Under the pieces are notes generated by a model. The model ran no database searches. It had not been told where the DNA came from and worked only from the letters and a program-made list of their open reading frames with translations. Made by a program: the position numbers and the translations under genes. DNA of 50,297 nt, taken from positions 840,862 to 891,158 of the forward strand of contig WELB01000018.1 of NCBI GenBank assembly GCA_009602725.1, in the 5' to 3' direction. This DNA is from Spirogloea muscicola. Its lineage: Eukaryota. Positions within the stretch are counted from its first letter, which is position 1; every line of letters starts with the position of its first letter. Shown here in pieces: positions 49,128 through 50,297 of the stretch.

Positions 49128-50297
49128 TCAACTGGCAAGATATCTTTGCAGGACAGTCAGGCCAGTCGGCGAGAATTTCTCAGTCGCCGTGAGAGCGCGA
49201 ATGTCCTCCAGGTCCATCCACCAGCTCCACTCCACCTCTTCCTTCTGCACAGTATCAGTTTTGACAAATGACGACGTAAATCATCATTGAAGAGGTGACA
49301 TGATGAACCACGCTTCGTGTCCCGCCAATAGCAATAAGTCGCTGTATCTGTTCATTCCAGCAACTCAAAGGACCGCAACTGATGCAACCGCCTTCAATAG
49401 CGTCGAAGGATGACTGGGCTGCTCGAGTCATGATCTGATGCCCGTTAGGTCCGAGCTCTGCAGGAGCAACATCACACTGACAATTGCACCAGTAGTTGTA
49501 GTGCTGGGTGGGTGGAGTACTTGAAGGACGAGCTCAACGTGGGGGGGCACGTCGAGCTTGAACGCGCAGCCCCAGACTCGACATGTCTGGTCAATGTACT
49601 TGAATGTGAAGATTTCCTCGAGCGCGTCGCTGTGAGGAGTGCCAGCCAGTTCAGTGCTCAGACCGCAAGTCCATGGGCTCCTTGCAGAGCTGAGCTCGTG
49701 CAGCTAGCCCGGCTTGTGGCGCAATCTGGGTCTGTAAGGCAACTCCATACTCTGCATTTGGGCGAGCTTGCCTCATCGACAGGCTCCGCGGAGCAAGCGG
49801 GCGGCGGCCGTGGCTCTGGGCGTCGCAGCCTCATCACCTCACGGCGGCTTCAAGGCCGAGCTCATCGCGGAGCTCCCGGCGCATCGCCGCCCCGTCCGAC
49901 TGGCTGCCACGGGCAGCGGGCGCACCCGGTCACGGCTGGGTTGAGGACTTAGCTTTCTGGGCTTTGGGATGAGGATAAGGGTTCAGTTGCACGCACAGCG
50001 GAGCTGCCGGCACTGACCAGCCGACGGGGTCGACGCTGTCGTGCTTCGCAGCTGGCGTCCAGGAGTTGGGCGGTATGGCGAATGTCAGGAGGTAAGGTCT
50101 TGGGGGTTGAGATTGGGGTTCAACTCGGGGTCGGGAGGGGGGTTTGGGGTTTTGGGAGCGCTGGCTCACCCGGCGTTCACGATGCCCGCGGTTAACGACG
50201 TCCAGCTCAGCGGCGCAGCGGCGCTCAGCCGCGGCAGCTCAGCCTCGGCGGCGGAGCGCCGGTGGCGGCGGAGCGGCGGCGGCGGCGGCGGCGGCGG
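49128..50297 (-). CDS. Nudix hydrolase (YfcD/IDI-like), 5' end beyond the window
   Basis: Spliced reading WTSLTAGIVNAG|QSDGAAMRRELRDELGLEAAVS|DALEEIFTFKYIDQTCRVWGCAF...LVLQ|KEEVEWSWWMDLEDI...EKFSPTGLTVLQRYLAS*. Nudix spacing G-x5-Q-x7-RE-L-x-DE-x-G; GT-AG junctions are phase-compatible. Confidence 0.75.

Overview
Eukaryotic, intron-rich, GC-rich nuclear DNA, most likely from a streptophyte (charophyte-grade) green alga. The lineage is inferred from plant-type GLYK, a WD40-type inositol 5-phosphatase, the plastid S1/EF-Ts polyprotein and telo-boxes. Nine gene loci are supported, in order: cytosolic hybrid histidine kinase (-), WD40 inositol polyphosphate 5-phosphatase (+), EEF1AKMT4-like methyltransferase (+), plastid S1-EF-Ts polyprotein PETs (-), 5' end of a (6-4) photolyase (-), TFIIH p62/TFB1 (+), a probably pseudogenised F-box/WD40 gene (+), D-glycerate 3-kinase (+) and a YfcD-like Nudix hydrolase (-, 5' end outside the window). 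The left edge is a perfect 203-bp-arm palindrome of a copia gag fragment folded back at a half-tRNA-iMet primer binding site. The most unusual accessory signal is a family of 5'-truncated non-LTR retroelements with a restriction-like endonuclease (REL). Its copies end in SxSDLxLL(T/S)RGY*, most followed by a conserved hairpin and a TTC tail. They sit in tandem and nested arrays just upstream of gene starts, and one copy is fused to a tRNA-Lys 5' half. Two N gaps are present (15679-15757, 31333-32199). Exon boundaries were read by eye, homologies are from memory, and no searches were run.
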